From Candidatus Hydrothermales bacterium (lineage in GTDB: Bacteria > Hydrothermota > Hydrothermia > Hydrothermales > JAJRUZ01), in the NCBI GenBank assembly GCA_039630575.1, contig JBCNUW010000019.1:1-36731 (forward strand): a stretch of 36,731 nt of DNA, read 5' to 3'. Below are positions 26,969 to 36,532 of the stretch, in pieces. The translations under genes were made by a program, and so were the position numbers. The notes under the pieces are model-generated. The model had not been told where the DNA came from. It made no database searches and was given only the letters and a program-made list of their open reading frames with translations. Position 1 is the first letter of the stretch; the number at the start of each line of letters is the position of its first letter.

Positions 26969-28579
26969 ATGATTTTTCTTTTTCTTTTCTCTCAAGTTAT
27001 GACCTCTTCTTTTCTTGAAAACAGAGGAATAAGGTTTCACCTTGGTATTGACATTTCAACTTATAAAAAAATTGGTATACCTATAGAAAGCCCTTTTAAA
27101 GGTAAGATAATAAAAATAGTTGATAAATGGAAAGGATATGGAAAGGCTGTTTATATAGAAAATGATTTAAAAATCATTTATTTATATGCTCACTTAGATG
27201 AATTTAGAAAGGATTTAGAAGAATATGTATATTATGAGAAAAAGAGAATTAAAAAAAATGAAATAGATATAGACCTAAATATCGAAATAAATGAAAAAGA
27301 CACAATAGGTTATTCAGGAAATACCTCAACAGTAGTGCCCCATATTCACCTTGAAACAAGAAAAAAGTTCAGTAAAGCTCTCAATCCTCTTTTTTTTCAT
27401 GATATAATAGATACAATAAAACCTGTTATTAAAAAAATAAAAATTTACCCACTTGGGAAATCTTTGATTTATTCAAGTTTTTTACCTATTGAAATAAATA
27501 GACCTTTTCCTGAAACTTTAAATATAACTTCTGATTTCTTTTTATGGATCTCAGCCTATGACATTCAAGAAAAAAATTTAGACAAAATAAGTATTTACTC
27601 TTTGAGAGTTTTTTTAGGAGATTCACTTATTTGTGAATTGAAATATGACAGTATAGACATTAATAAAAACTTTCTTGCAAGAGCTCTTTATACAGAAGCA
27701 CAAGGTACCTTTTCTGAAAGCTTTATTCATCCCATTTTAACAGATGAAGCTTTCTGGAGTGGCAGCACATTTATAAATTTAGAAAATAGTTTAAGTCCCA
27801 TTAAAATATTTGTATATGATTTCAAAGGTAATGTTGACTCAGCAAAAATTTTCATTAAGAAAGAAATAGATAGGCATAAAAATATAAAAAAGAAAAAGGG
27901 AATATATTTTGTTTTTGATGGTCTTGTTATAGTTGACACACTTGAAAGAAAGATTTTGTTAAAACCTGGGCAATTAGGAAAAATATTTGATTATACATAC
28001 ATATTCCCCTTACCTGAAAAAGATTACTTTGTAAAACTAAAAAATTTTGATCTATGGATACCAAAAAACTTTCAATTTTTCCCCTACCCTATATTTTTAA
28101 AGGAAATTGAAGATACTTTACTTGTATACTGTGCTGAAATTCTTTTTAAAAACCCTTTAAGAGTAAAAGTAAAGAACAAAAAAAATAAAGAAGTAATTTT
28201 AAAATCATACGGAAATAAAAACTATAAATTTTTAACCTCAGATTCAATTTTTGAAAGTTATTCATGGGGCAAATTTTTCAAAACTGTTGATACATTTAAA
28301 CCTGTAATTATAGGAAAAGAAATTCACTATATTAACCCTTCAGGATTTGAAATTGAATTTATAGTAAAAGATAACAGTTCAGTAAAAAATATAGAATTTT
28401 ATATTGATGAAGAATGGGAACCTGTAAGCTACAACCCCTTAACTAACATTGCAAGAATTAGAGTTTTTAGAAAAATTAAGAAAAGAGAAAGTAATTTTAG
28501 ATTGATCGCAGAAGATTATTCGGGAAACAACTGTGAGATGGTAGGCAAATTAATTAGCAAAAAAATAAATTTGAAGTAA
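26969..28579 (+). CDS. M23 family metallopeptidase with long C-terminal beta-rich region
   Basis: HxxxD (HLGID), GYG..VYI, YAHL, IGYSGNT, HxH (PHIHLE), NPL. Confidence 0.87.
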   Translation: MIFLFLFSQVMTSSFLENRGIRFHLGIDISTYKKIGIPIESPFKGKIIKIVDKWKGYGKAVYIENDLKIIYLYAHLDEFRKDLEEYVYYEKKRIKKNEIDIDLNIEINEKDTIGYSGNTSTVVPHIHLETRKKFSKALNPLFFHDIIDTIKPVIKKIKIYPLGKSLIYSSFLPIEINRPFPETLNITSDFFLWISAYDIQEKNLDKISIYSLRVFLGDSLICELKYDSIDINKNFLARALYTEAQGTFSESFIHPILTDEAFWSGSTFINLENSLSPIKIFVYDFKGNVDSAKIFIKKEIDRHKNIKKKKGIYFVFDGLVIVDTLERKILLKPGQLGKIFDYTYIFPLPEKDYFVKLKNFDLWIPKNFQFFPYPIFLKEIEDTLLVYCAEILFKNPLRVKVKNKKNKEVILKSYGNKNYKFLTSDSIFESYSWGKFFKTVDTFKPVIIGKEIHYINPSGFEIEFIVKDNSSVKNIEFYIDEEWEPVSYNPLTNIARIRVFRKIKKRESNFRLIAEDYSGNNCEMVGKLISKKINLK

Positions 28580-28600
28580 CTAATAAAAGGAACTTATAAT
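28571..28600 (+). promoter_or_regulatory. Promoter for mgtE
   Basis: TTGAAG (28571-28576), 18 bp, TATAAT (28595-28600). Confidence 0.5.
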
Positions 28601-28629
28601 TAGTTTTTACTATAAAAATTTCCACAAAA

Positions 28630-30015
28630 ATGGAAAAACGAAAATCACACATATCTGTTGCAGAACTTTTAAAACCGGAAATAAAAGAGTTGATAAGAAA
28701 TAAAAATTACAGAGAGTTAAAAGCAGCAATAGTTAATTTTGAACCTGCAGACATAGCTGAATTGCTTCAAGAGCTTAATAAAGAGGAAGCAATATCAATC
28801 TTTTTGATGCTGCCAAAAGATTTAAAAACAGAGGTATTTTCAGAACTTGACAGCAATTTTCAGGAGGAGATTATAAAAGGTCTAAAAGAGGAAGAAATAA
28901 AAGTTATATTATCAGAGCTTTCACCAGATGATAGAACTTCTCTTTTTGAAGAACTTTCCCCCTCTCTAACAAGAAAACTTTTGAATCTACTTACACCTGA
29001 AGAAAGAAAAGAGACTCTCACTCTCTTAGGGTATCCAAAAGGAAGTGTTGGAAGACTTATGACACCAGATTATGTAGCTTTGAACAAGGACTTTACAATT
29101 AAAAGAGCAATTGAACATATAAGAAAACATGGTATAGATGCAGAAACAATTAACAATATTTATATTGTTGATGAAAATTGGAGACTACTTGACGATATTC
29201 CTTTAAGAAAAATTATTCTTGCAGATCCAAATGAAAAGATAGAATCTCTCTTAGACTTTAGTTTCATTTCAATAACCCCATACGAAGATCAAGAAAAGGC
29301 AGCACATATAATGAGAAAATATAATTTGATATCATTACCAGTAGTTGATAATGAAAACCACCTTTTAGGTATAGTTACAGTAGATGATATAATGGACATT
29401 ATGGAGGAAGAGCAAACTGAAGATATAGCAAAAATTTCTGCAATACACCCGGAAACTATAGGACTTGAGTTAATGACAAAAATCAAAGAAATTCCTATAA
29501 GAAAACTATACAGAAGTAGAATTGGTTGGCTTCTATTTTTACTTTTTATAAATCTTATAACCGGTGGAATAATTCAGAGGTTTGAAGATACTATTGCAAA
29601 GTATATTGTGCTTGTTACATTTTTACCAGTACTCATTGACACTGCTGGAAATGCTGGATCACAATCTGCAACACTTGTAATAAGAGCTATGGCACTAAAA
29701 ACTGTTGAATTTAAAGATTTTTTCTACTTAATCTTCAGAGAAATTCTCATTTCATCTACTTTAGGATTTACACTGGGTTTAGGAATATCTTTAATAGGTC
29801 TTTTTAGAAGTCAATCGTTGATTATAACTTTATGTATAGGTTTCTCTATGATTGTGAATGTCCTCGTTGGAAGTTTAGTAGGTATGTCTTTACCATTCAT
29901 ACTTACAAAATTAAAAAAAGATCCAGCCTCAGCAAGTGCACCACTTGTTACAACTATTGCTGATATCCTTGGAACTTTTTCTTACCTACTTTTAGCTTCA
30001 ATTTTCTTAAAGTAA
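28630..30015 (+). CDS. mgtE: Magnesium transporter MgtE
   Basis: N domain (PADIAE, PDDR), CBS pair (GRLMT, LPVVD..LLGIVTVDD), TM motifs R.GWL, GNAGSQ, DPA.AS.P.VTT.AD. Confidence 0.97.
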   Translation: MEKRKSHISVAELLKPEIKELIRNKNYRELKAAIVNFEPADIAELLQELNKEEAISIFLMLPKDLKTEVFSELDSNFQEEIIKGLKEEEIKVILSELSPDDRTSLFEELSPSLTRKLLNLLTPEERKETLTLLGYPKGSVGRLMTPDYVALNKDFTIKRAIEHIRKHGIDAETINNIYIVDENWRLLDDIPLRKIILADPNEKIESLLDFSFISITPYEDQEKAAHIMRKYNLISLPVVDNENHLLGIVTVDDIMDIMEEEQTEDIAKISAIHPETIGLELMTKIKEIPIRKLYRSRIGWLLFLLFINLITGGIIQRFEDTIAKYIVLVTFLPVLIDTAGNAGSQSATLVIRAMALKTVEFKDFFYLIFREILISSTLGFTLGLGISLIGLFRSQSLIITLCIGFSMIVNVLVGSLVGMSLPFILTKLKKDPASASAPLVTTIADILGTFSYLLLASIFLK

Positions 30016-30035
30016 ATTATTTAAATAAACTTCAT

Positions 30036-33000
30036 CTAATCAAACTGAACACCGTATATCTTTGAAATGCCTCTATCCATAGTTACTCCGTAAACCTTGC
30101 CCTTTATTTCCATTGTCCTCTTGTTATGAGTAATAAGTAAAAGTTGTGATTTTTCTGATAATTTCTCTATGTAACTGATTAGTCTCAAAGTATTTGAGTC
30201 ATCCAAAGATGCATCAATTTCATCCAATGCGAAAAATGGAGAGGGTGATATCTTTGCAAGAGCAAAAAGAAAAGTTAAAGCAAATAAACTTCTTTCTCCT
30301 CCAGAAAGTAATAAAACTGATCTTATTTTTTTTCCATTCGGTGAAACATCAATTAAAAGTTCAGATTCAAGAAGATTTTTTTCATCTGATGGCTTTATTC
30401 TAACATCTCCGCCAAGTAAAATTGTAGAAATATTTTTTAATTCTTCTTTTAAAAGATCCAAAAATTCTAAGTATTTAGCCTTTGCTTCTTTTTCCATTAA
30501 AGATAATGACTCTTTTAATTTAATAACACTTTCCTCAAGATCTCTATAGGCCTTTATTTTCTCATAATATTCTTTTTCTAAAATTTTAAACTCCTTCTCA
30601 GCTAACAGATTAACATCATGCATCTTATCAATCTCTTTTTCAATTTCAGCAATTTCCTCTTTCAATTTCTTTACAGAAATATTTTCAGGTATATACTCAA
30701 GACCAGCTGGATAAAACTCGAGACCCTTTTCTATTTCGTTTATATCCTGTTTTAACTTTAATATTCTTTCCAACATTCTTTCAAGGTTTTTTTCTTTAGC
30801 ATTTAATAAGTTCCTCCTCTCCTCTATATCTTTCTCAATCTCTTTTAACTTAGACTCAATCCCAGATGTACTTTCTTCTAAATCATTAAGTATCTTTTCA
30901 AGATTTTTTCTTTTAATTTCAAAATCATCTATGTCACCCTCAACTTTAAGAATTTTTTCTTTTATTTCTCTAAACTCCTTTTCTCTTTCCAATAAATTAT
31001 TCTCATAAAATTTAATCTTTTCTTTTAAACTCTCATATTCCTTTAATTTTTCTTCCGCAACTCTAAGCATTTCAAATTCTCTCAACTTTTCTTTCTCAAT
31101 TTTTTTTAATCCTTTTAAATCCTCTTCTTTTTTTGCTATTTCAAGAGAAATCATTTCTCTTTCTTTTTCTAATTCCCTTAAACTCGTAATGTTTTTCTCG
31201 TAATCATCTTTAAAGCTACTTAGTTTTAAATCTATCAGATTTAGTTCAGACTTTATCTTTTCATAAATTGAATTTAATTTGTAAACCTTTTCTCTAATCA
31301 TTTCTCTATCCTTAAGAATTTCACCAAACTCCTTTTTTAGTACCTCAAGTTCTTTTTTAATTGAATCTAAATCCTTTCTCTTTTCAAAAGTTATCTTTTC
31401 TAACTCTATTATCTTTTTATTGTATTCAATTTTATCGAAAAGAACTTTTCTAAGAATACCATCTTTTGTTATTAAGAATCCATCCTTTGAGACAGCATAG
31501 TCACACTCATTTTTTCTCCAAGCATTTAAAGCTTCTATTTTACTCTCAAAAATTTTTAATCCACTAAATCTTTCTCTGATAAGATTTCCTATCCCCTCGG
31601 TATCTTTAAAACCTGGAATTAAGGTTTCCTTATATTTTTCTCTCTCTATAATAACCTTTCCTCCTTTTTCAAGAAATCTTTGAATTTTGTCGTTAAATTC
31701 TTTGTTGTTTAGCACTTTCGCTTCAAGAATATCCTCAATTACAAAGAAATACTCTTCATTTTTAGAAAAATCCAAATAACTATATAAAAACTTAAGCTCC
31801 GGAATCATATCTTCATCAATTTTTAAAGCAGATTTTAGTTTAATTAATTCTCCCTCTAATTTTTTTGTTTCATTCTCTAATTTAAATAATGTATCTCTTT
31901 TATTCCTTTCTTTCTCTAAAAGGTAATCTGATTTATTCTCTAATTCATTGAGTAAACTCTGAAGATTCTCTTTTTCAAATTTAAGTTCATTTATTTCTCT
32001 CTCTTTTGATTTTTTAACATTTTCAATTTCTTTTATGTTGTTTTCCAAGTCTTTATTTTTACTTAAGAGATTGGAAATTTTAAAATCTACCTCTTCTTGT
32101 CTTAATTTATACCTTACAAGATGTTTTTCACTTTCTTTAATACCATTTGAAATTTCTTCTAATTCTTTTCTAATTTCTTCGATTTTATCCTTTTTGATAT
32201 TTAAAAACGGTTCTTTCTCTTTGAGATTTTCTCTTAAATTTTCTAATTTCTTTTTATTCTCCTCTAACAATGAGCTTAGGAAGGTTTCTCTGTCTTTAAG
32301 AGTTGATAGTTCACCGTATTTACGGTTCAATTCTGATAAAAGTTCTTCTTTTTGAGTTAAAAGTGGATTTTTTTTTCTTCTCAAAAATTCTAATTCTTTT
32401 AAAAGATTTTCCCTTTCGGAGGCTATTCTTTGAATATTTTCTTTTAAAACATGTATTTCTTCTTCAAGATTTTTGAAAAATCTTTCGCTTTCTTTTAGTT
32501 CTTTTTCTTTTTTACTTTTATCTCTGATTAGCTTCGAATATTCAGCTTTTAAAATTAAGCTTCTTTTTTCTTTTAAAATTTCGTTTAAAATTCTATAATT
32601 TTGAGCTTTTTTCATTTCTTCCTCAAGTTTTTTAATTCTTTCTTTTTTATCTTTCATAACAATTTCAAAAGCTTTTAAGTCTCTTTCAGTTTTCTCTAAC
32701 CTCTTCTCTATAATTTTCTTTTTATGGTCAAAATCGTAAAGTTCGCAGGCTTCAAAAATCATTTCTTTAATTCTTTCTTTTGGTTTTCTTATAAGCTCCT
32801 CTACATCTTCCCATTGGAATTGAGTATAACTTTTTTTTCCAAAAAGTTTTTCTATCTCTTCTTTATAATTTCTCTCTGAAACAGTATAATCATTTATAAG
32901 GTATTCCTGGGAATTATCTCTATAAACTCTTCTTGTTAACTTTTTATTGTTATTTTCATTTTGTATTAAAATCGAGACCTCAGCAAAAGGTGCTGCTTTT

Positions 33001-33212
33001 TTTTCCTTTGTCCCCCAGAAAATAAGTTCTTTAGGTTCTTTAACTCTTAATTTATTCAATCTATTTTCACCAAGAACAAACCTTACTGCTTCAAAAATAT
33101 TTGATTTACCACAGCCGTTTGGACCAATTACAAGAGAAATTCTATCAGATAGAAATATTTCAGCTCTTTCAAATGATTTAAAACCATTTAATATTATACT
33201 TTTTATCTTCAT
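30036..33212 (-). CDS. smc: SMC-family chromosome segregation ATPase (divergent hinge)
   Basis: GFKSF, Walker A GPNGCGKSN, long coiled coils around a central globular region, VNL.A..E, LSGGE signature, LDEIDASLD, ITH. Confidence 0.85.
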   Translation of the reverse strand: MKIKSIILNGFKSFERAEIFLSDRISLVIGPNGCGKSNIFEAVRFVLGENRLNKLRVKEPKELIFWGTKEKKAAPFAEVSILIQNENNNKKLTRRVYRDNSQEYLINDYTVSERNYKEEIEKLFGKKSYTQFQWEDVEELIRKPKERIKEMIFEACELYDFDHKKKIIEKRLEKTERDLKAFEIVMKDKKERIKKLEEEMKKAQNYRILNEILKEKRSLILKAEYSKLIRDKSKKEKELKESERFFKNLEEEIHVLKENIQRIASERENLLKELEFLRRKKNPLLTQKEELLSELNRKYGELSTLKDRETFLSSLLEENKKKLENLRENLKEKEPFLNIKKDKIEEIRKELEEISNGIKESEKHLVRYKLRQEEVDFKISNLLSKNKDLENNIKEIENVKKSKEREINELKFEKENLQSLLNELENKSDYLLEKERNKRDTLFKLENETKKLEGELIKLKSALKIDEDMIPELKFLYSYLDFSKNEEYFFVIEDILEAKVLNNKEFNDKIQRFLEKGGKVIIEREKYKETLIPGFKDTEGIGNLIRERFSGLKIFESKIEALNAWRKNECDYAVSKDGFLITKDGILRKVLFDKIEYNKKIIELEKITFEKRKDLDSIKKELEVLKKEFGEILKDREMIREKVYKLNSIYEKIKSELNLIDLKLSSFKDDYEKNITSLRELEKEREMISLEIAKKEEDLKGLKKIEKEKLREFEMLRVAEEKLKEYESLKEKIKFYENNLLEREKEFREIKEKILKVEGDIDDFEIKRKNLEKILNDLEESTSGIESKLKEIEKDIEERRNLLNAKEKNLERMLERILKLKQDINEIEKGLEFYPAGLEYIPENISVKKLKEEIAEIEKEIDKMHDVNLLAEKEFKILEKEYYEKIKAYRDLEESVIKLKESLSLMEKEAKAKYLEFLDLLKEELKNISTILLGGDVRIKPSDEKNLLESELLIDVSPNGKKIRSVLLLSGGERSLFALTFLFALAKISPSPFFALDEIDASLDDSNTLRLISYIEKLSEKSQLLLITHNKRTMEIKGKVYGVTMDRGISKIYGVQFD

Positions 33213-33221
33213 ATTTAAAAC

Positions 33222-33803
33222 CTAAGGTTTAAACCAAAATTCACCTTTTAAACTTTTTGTTCTTTTTATTATCTCGACCATATTTTTTGCTATTCTGTCA
33301 CACTCAAATAAAGTATCAGTATTTTTATCGATAGATCCTACAGCATAGGTAATAGAATAAGGAGGAATTATTGCTCCCATGAAATTTAAGGGTATGATTA
33401 TTGAAGAAGCTGTGCTTATGGCACCATCCTCTTCACAGGAAACAACACAAGAAACCACTTTACCAGCAATAAGTGGTTCTAAATTATCCAAAGCTGTTAA
33501 TAGATCGATAAAATTTTTCATAAGCCCCGATGGACCAAACCAGTATACAGGGGTTCCAAAAACAAGTCCATCTGCCTTAAGAATCTTTTCATAAACTCGG
33601 GGTAAAACTTCCTTGAAAACTTGTGGATTACAAAGTGATTTATCCTTCGAATAACAGCCTACGCAGTATGGAACGTTCTGTTCGATAAGGAAAATTATAT
33701 CTGTTTCCGCACCTAATTCTTTAGCTCTTTCAAGAACAGTATTTAAAAGAATTGTTACTTTTCCCTCTTTTATTGGAGATCCTGAAATTCCAAGTATTAG
33801 CAT
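33222..33803 (-). CDS. Flavodoxin-family / iron-sulfur flavoprotein-like FMN reductase
   Basis: GISGSP...G, CVGC...C, ADG.VFGTPVY, MKNFID, GKV. Confidence 0.88.
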   Translation of the reverse strand: MLILGISGSPIKEGKVTILLNTVLERAKELGAETDIIFLIEQNVPYCVGCYSKDKSLCNPQVFKEVLPRVYEKILKADGLVFGTPVYWFGPSGLMKNFIDLLTALDNLEPLIAGKVVSCVVSCEEDGAISTASSIIIPLNFMGAIIPPYSITYAVGSIDKNTDTLFECDRIAKNMVEIIKRTKSLKGEFWFKP

Positions 33804-33808
33804 AAATC

Positions 33809-33838
33809 ATTTTAAGATTTTAAAAATCCTACTTTCAA
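33809..33838 (-). promoter_or_regulatory. Leaderless-type promoter for the flavoprotein-smc unit
   Basis: Minus strand TTGAAA (33838-33833), 18 bp, TAAAAT (33814-33809), 5 nt before ATG 33803. Confidence 0.55.
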
Positions 33839-33890
33839 ATTTTTTTTTAAACAAATTTTATTTATAATTATTGTATAAAAGGAGAAAGAA

Positions 33891-35222
33891 ATGGAAGAAA
33901 AAACAATATGCTTCAATTGTGGAAAATATATAGGGGCAAAAGATAGATGTCCCTATTGTGGAGAAGAACAACTAAAACCTATTGGAATTGAATTTTTAAG
34001 GTGGTCTAGTCTATTAATAGCTATTGCAGGTGTTATCTTTTTATTTATTTCCGCAAGAACAGAAGATGCTCCTTTAGTAAAAGTGGTAGATTTAAAACCA
34101 ACTATGAACTTTGCAAAGGTAAAAATGCAAGGGATAGTAGAATCTTCTCCTTATTACGATGAAGAAAAAGGAGGGTACCTTTCCTTCTGGCTTAATGACG
34201 GTACAGGAAATATTAAAGTTAGAGCCTTTAAGGATGTAGCAAAAGAAATTATTGAAAAAAAAATATACCCATCAATAGGGGATTCAGTTTTTTTAAAAGG
34301 AACACTCTATGCAAAAGAGAACTTTCTATTAACAATTGAAAAAAGTGAAGATTTAAAAATCAAGATTCCAAATCATCTTAATGTTAAAATTAAGGAAATA
34401 ACTGATACATTAATAGGAAAGAGAGTTGAAACTGAAGGTACTGTATATTCTGTAAATGAGTATAAAAATAAATCTGTTGGCATTAGAATAGGTGATATGG
34501 GGAATTTTATAACTGTTTTTATACCTCATTATTATAAAGAAAAAGAAAAAATTATTGGTCTTGAGAGGGGAACAAAAATTAAAGTTAAAGGTGCTGTTTA
34601 TGTTTATAAGGATAACCTTGAGATAATACCTCATTTTGTAGATGAAATTGTAGTTGTGGGAAAAGAAGAAATAAAAATTAGTAAAAAGAGAGAAACTACA
34701 AGGATAAAAGGTGAAGTTTTACAAGGAACAACTTTTAAAAAGAGTATAAAATTAAAAATAAAAACAGAAGAAGGAATTGAGGAGATACTTTTATGGAAAT
34801 CTCTTCTTGAAAAAAAGTATAAAAATGAAATAGTTAAAATTATCACAGGATCTATTATAGAATTTGAAGTCTATGAAAGAGAGTATAAAGGTAAAAAGGA
34901 AAAAAATGCGAGAAGTCTAAAGGTGATATCATATCCTGAAAAGGCTACAAAAATTTCTGAAGTATTAAATAGAAATATTGGGGAATTTTTAAAAACCGAG
35001 GGAAAGGTTGAAAATATCACGGAGTTTAAAAAGGGAACAAGAGTAATCATAAAAGATGAAACAGGTGAACTTATAGTTTGGATATGGAAAGACATTTGGG
35101 ATAAAGTTAAAGGAACATTTGGTGAAGGAGATAATATAAAAGTAATAGGTGAATTAAAGGAATTTAAAGGTAAAAAGGAGATTATTCCAAGAATTTATTA
35201 TGACATTATCCCATTAAAATGA
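33891..35222 (+). CDS. Membrane-anchored protein with N-terminal Zn ribbon and four tandem OB folds
   Basis: CFNC-x9-CPYC, one TM helix, then repeats with DGTG.I.V / DETG.L.V, G..V.V.G and YK..LEIIP / FKGKKEIIP motifs; AAGGAG RBS. Confidence 0.78.
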   Translation: MEEKTICFNCGKYIGAKDRCPYCGEEQLKPIGIEFLRWSSLLIAIAGVIFLFISARTEDAPLVKVVDLKPTMNFAKVKMQGIVESSPYYDEEKGGYLSFWLNDGTGNIKVRAFKDVAKEIIEKKIYPSIGDSVFLKGTLYAKENFLLTIEKSEDLKIKIPNHLNVKIKEITDTLIGKRVETEGTVYSVNEYKNKSVGIRIGDMGNFITVFIPHYYKEKEKIIGLERGTKIKVKGAVYVYKDNLEIIPHFVDEIVVVGKEEIKISKKRETTRIKGEVLQGTTFKKSIKLKIKTEEGIEEILLWKSLLEKKYKNEIVKIITGSIIEFEVYEREYKGKKEKNARSLKVISYPEKATKISEVLNRNIGEFLKTEGKVENITEFKKGTRVIIKDETGELIVWIWKDIWDKVKGTFGEGDNIKVIGELKEFKGKKEIIPRIYYDIIPLK

Positions 35223-36532
35223 ACATACTTCTTTGTCTCCTTGTAACCCTTTTAGGGACAACTGTAGGCATTCTCTTTTCGTGGATACCTGCACTTCATA
35301 TTTACAACATTCTGGCATTAATAATTTTTATTGAAAGTGAATTTTATATTTTACCTTTAAACCTTTTGCCTTACTTTTTCACTGGTGCTATTGTTGGATA
35401 TTCTTTTACAGGGATCATACCTGCTGTATATTTTTCAACTAATGATGATTCTACGCTTTTTTACTTATTGCCAGCGCAAAAATTTCTTCTATATGGAAGA
35501 GCCCATGAAGCTGTTTTGCTTTCCACAATTGGATCTGTAGGTGCAGCTTTTATAGTTTTGATTTCAGCAGCCTATTTACCTTTTATTTTACCTCCTTTAA
35601 GGGATTTACTAACTCCTCACATGGCATGGATAATTGCTTCAGTAGGAGCTTTTATGATATTGTCTGAATGGCCCAGGACTACTGATAGGCCCAAAACACC
35701 CCTTGGAAGGTTAAAAGAAGCTTGGGGTTCACTAATCATAGGGATTTTAGTTTTTACTTTATCAGGTATTCTTGGGTATATAGTTTTAAGAGGTGGGCTG
35801 ATGAAACCTGAGACATCCTTTCAGAATCTTATGCCACTTTTCCTTGGTTTATTTGCTGTTCCATGGTTAACAATTAATGTAATATCAAAACCTATAATAC
35901 CAATTCAGAATACTGAAAATAAGGTTGTAACGAATTATACAAGAATTTTACGAGGAATTTTTGCTGGATCCTTAGGTGGTGGAATTGCTGCGTTTTTTCC
36001 TGTTATAACAGGTGGTGTAGGTGCTTTTCTTGCTGGTCATGCTACTGCACAAAGAGGGGATGATATCTTTTTAATTGGACAAGGAGCAAATAGATTTTTG
36101 TATTATGTTGGTGGTTTTTTATTATTTTTTGTTCCTTTTTTGCATATAAGGAGAGGGGGAGCAGCCTGGATGCTCAACATACTTTACACTCCTCAGACTT
36201 TTTCAGAATATTTTTTGATAATTGGATCTTTACTTATAAGTTCTTTTATAGCTCTTTTTTTTACTTTAAAAATATCAATTGTAATAGCAAAAAATATACA
36301 TAGAGTTCCTTATAAGAATCTTTCAATAACAATTTTAATTTTTGTAATATTTCTTACTTTTATAGTGACGGGTTTTGAAGGTCTTCTTATTTTAATTGTT
36401 TCAAGTGCTGTAGGGTTATTGCCGCCTCTTTTTGGAACAAGGAGATTGAATTGTTTGGGTGCTCTTATTTTACCACTTACAATTCAAATGAGTTCTTTTG
36501 CTCAAAGTTTTGCTAAGTTAATGGGTTTTTAA
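35219..36532 (+). CDS. TctA-like (tripartite tricarboxylate transporter permease family, archaeal-type) membrane protein
   Basis: Many hydrophobic segments; G..(F)SWIP.LH, LLP..K.L..GR..EAV.LS..GS, P.F.GLF, G.LP...G.RR..C.G motifs; ATGA overlap with the upstream gene. Confidence 0.8.
   Translation: MNILLCLLVTLLGTTVGILFSWIPALHIYNILALIIFIESEFYILPLNLLPYFFTGAIVGYSFTGIIPAVYFSTNDDSTLFYLLPAQKFLLYGRAHEAVLLSTIGSVGAAFIVLISAAYLPFILPPLRDLLTPHMAWIIASVGAFMILSEWPRTTDRPKTPLGRLKEAWGSLIIGILVFTLSGILGYIVLRGGLMKPETSFQNLMPLFLGLFAVPWLTINVISKPIIPIQNTENKVVTNYTRILRGIFAGSLGGGIAAFFPVITGGVGAFLAGHATAQRGDDIFLIGQGANRFLYYVGGFLLFFVPFLHIRRGGAAWMLNILYTPQTFSEYFLIIGSLLISSFIALFFTLKISIVIAKNIHRVPYKNLSITILIFVIFLTFIVTGFEGLLILIVSSAVGLLPPLFGTRRLNCLGALILPLTIQMSSFAQSFAKLMGF

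Noticed and set aside
30036..33212. SMC as part of a Wadjet, Lamassu or SbcCD system
   Set aside because: No jetABD, effector or sbcD neighbours; head motifs match housekeeping Smc and no Rad50 zinc hook is evident.
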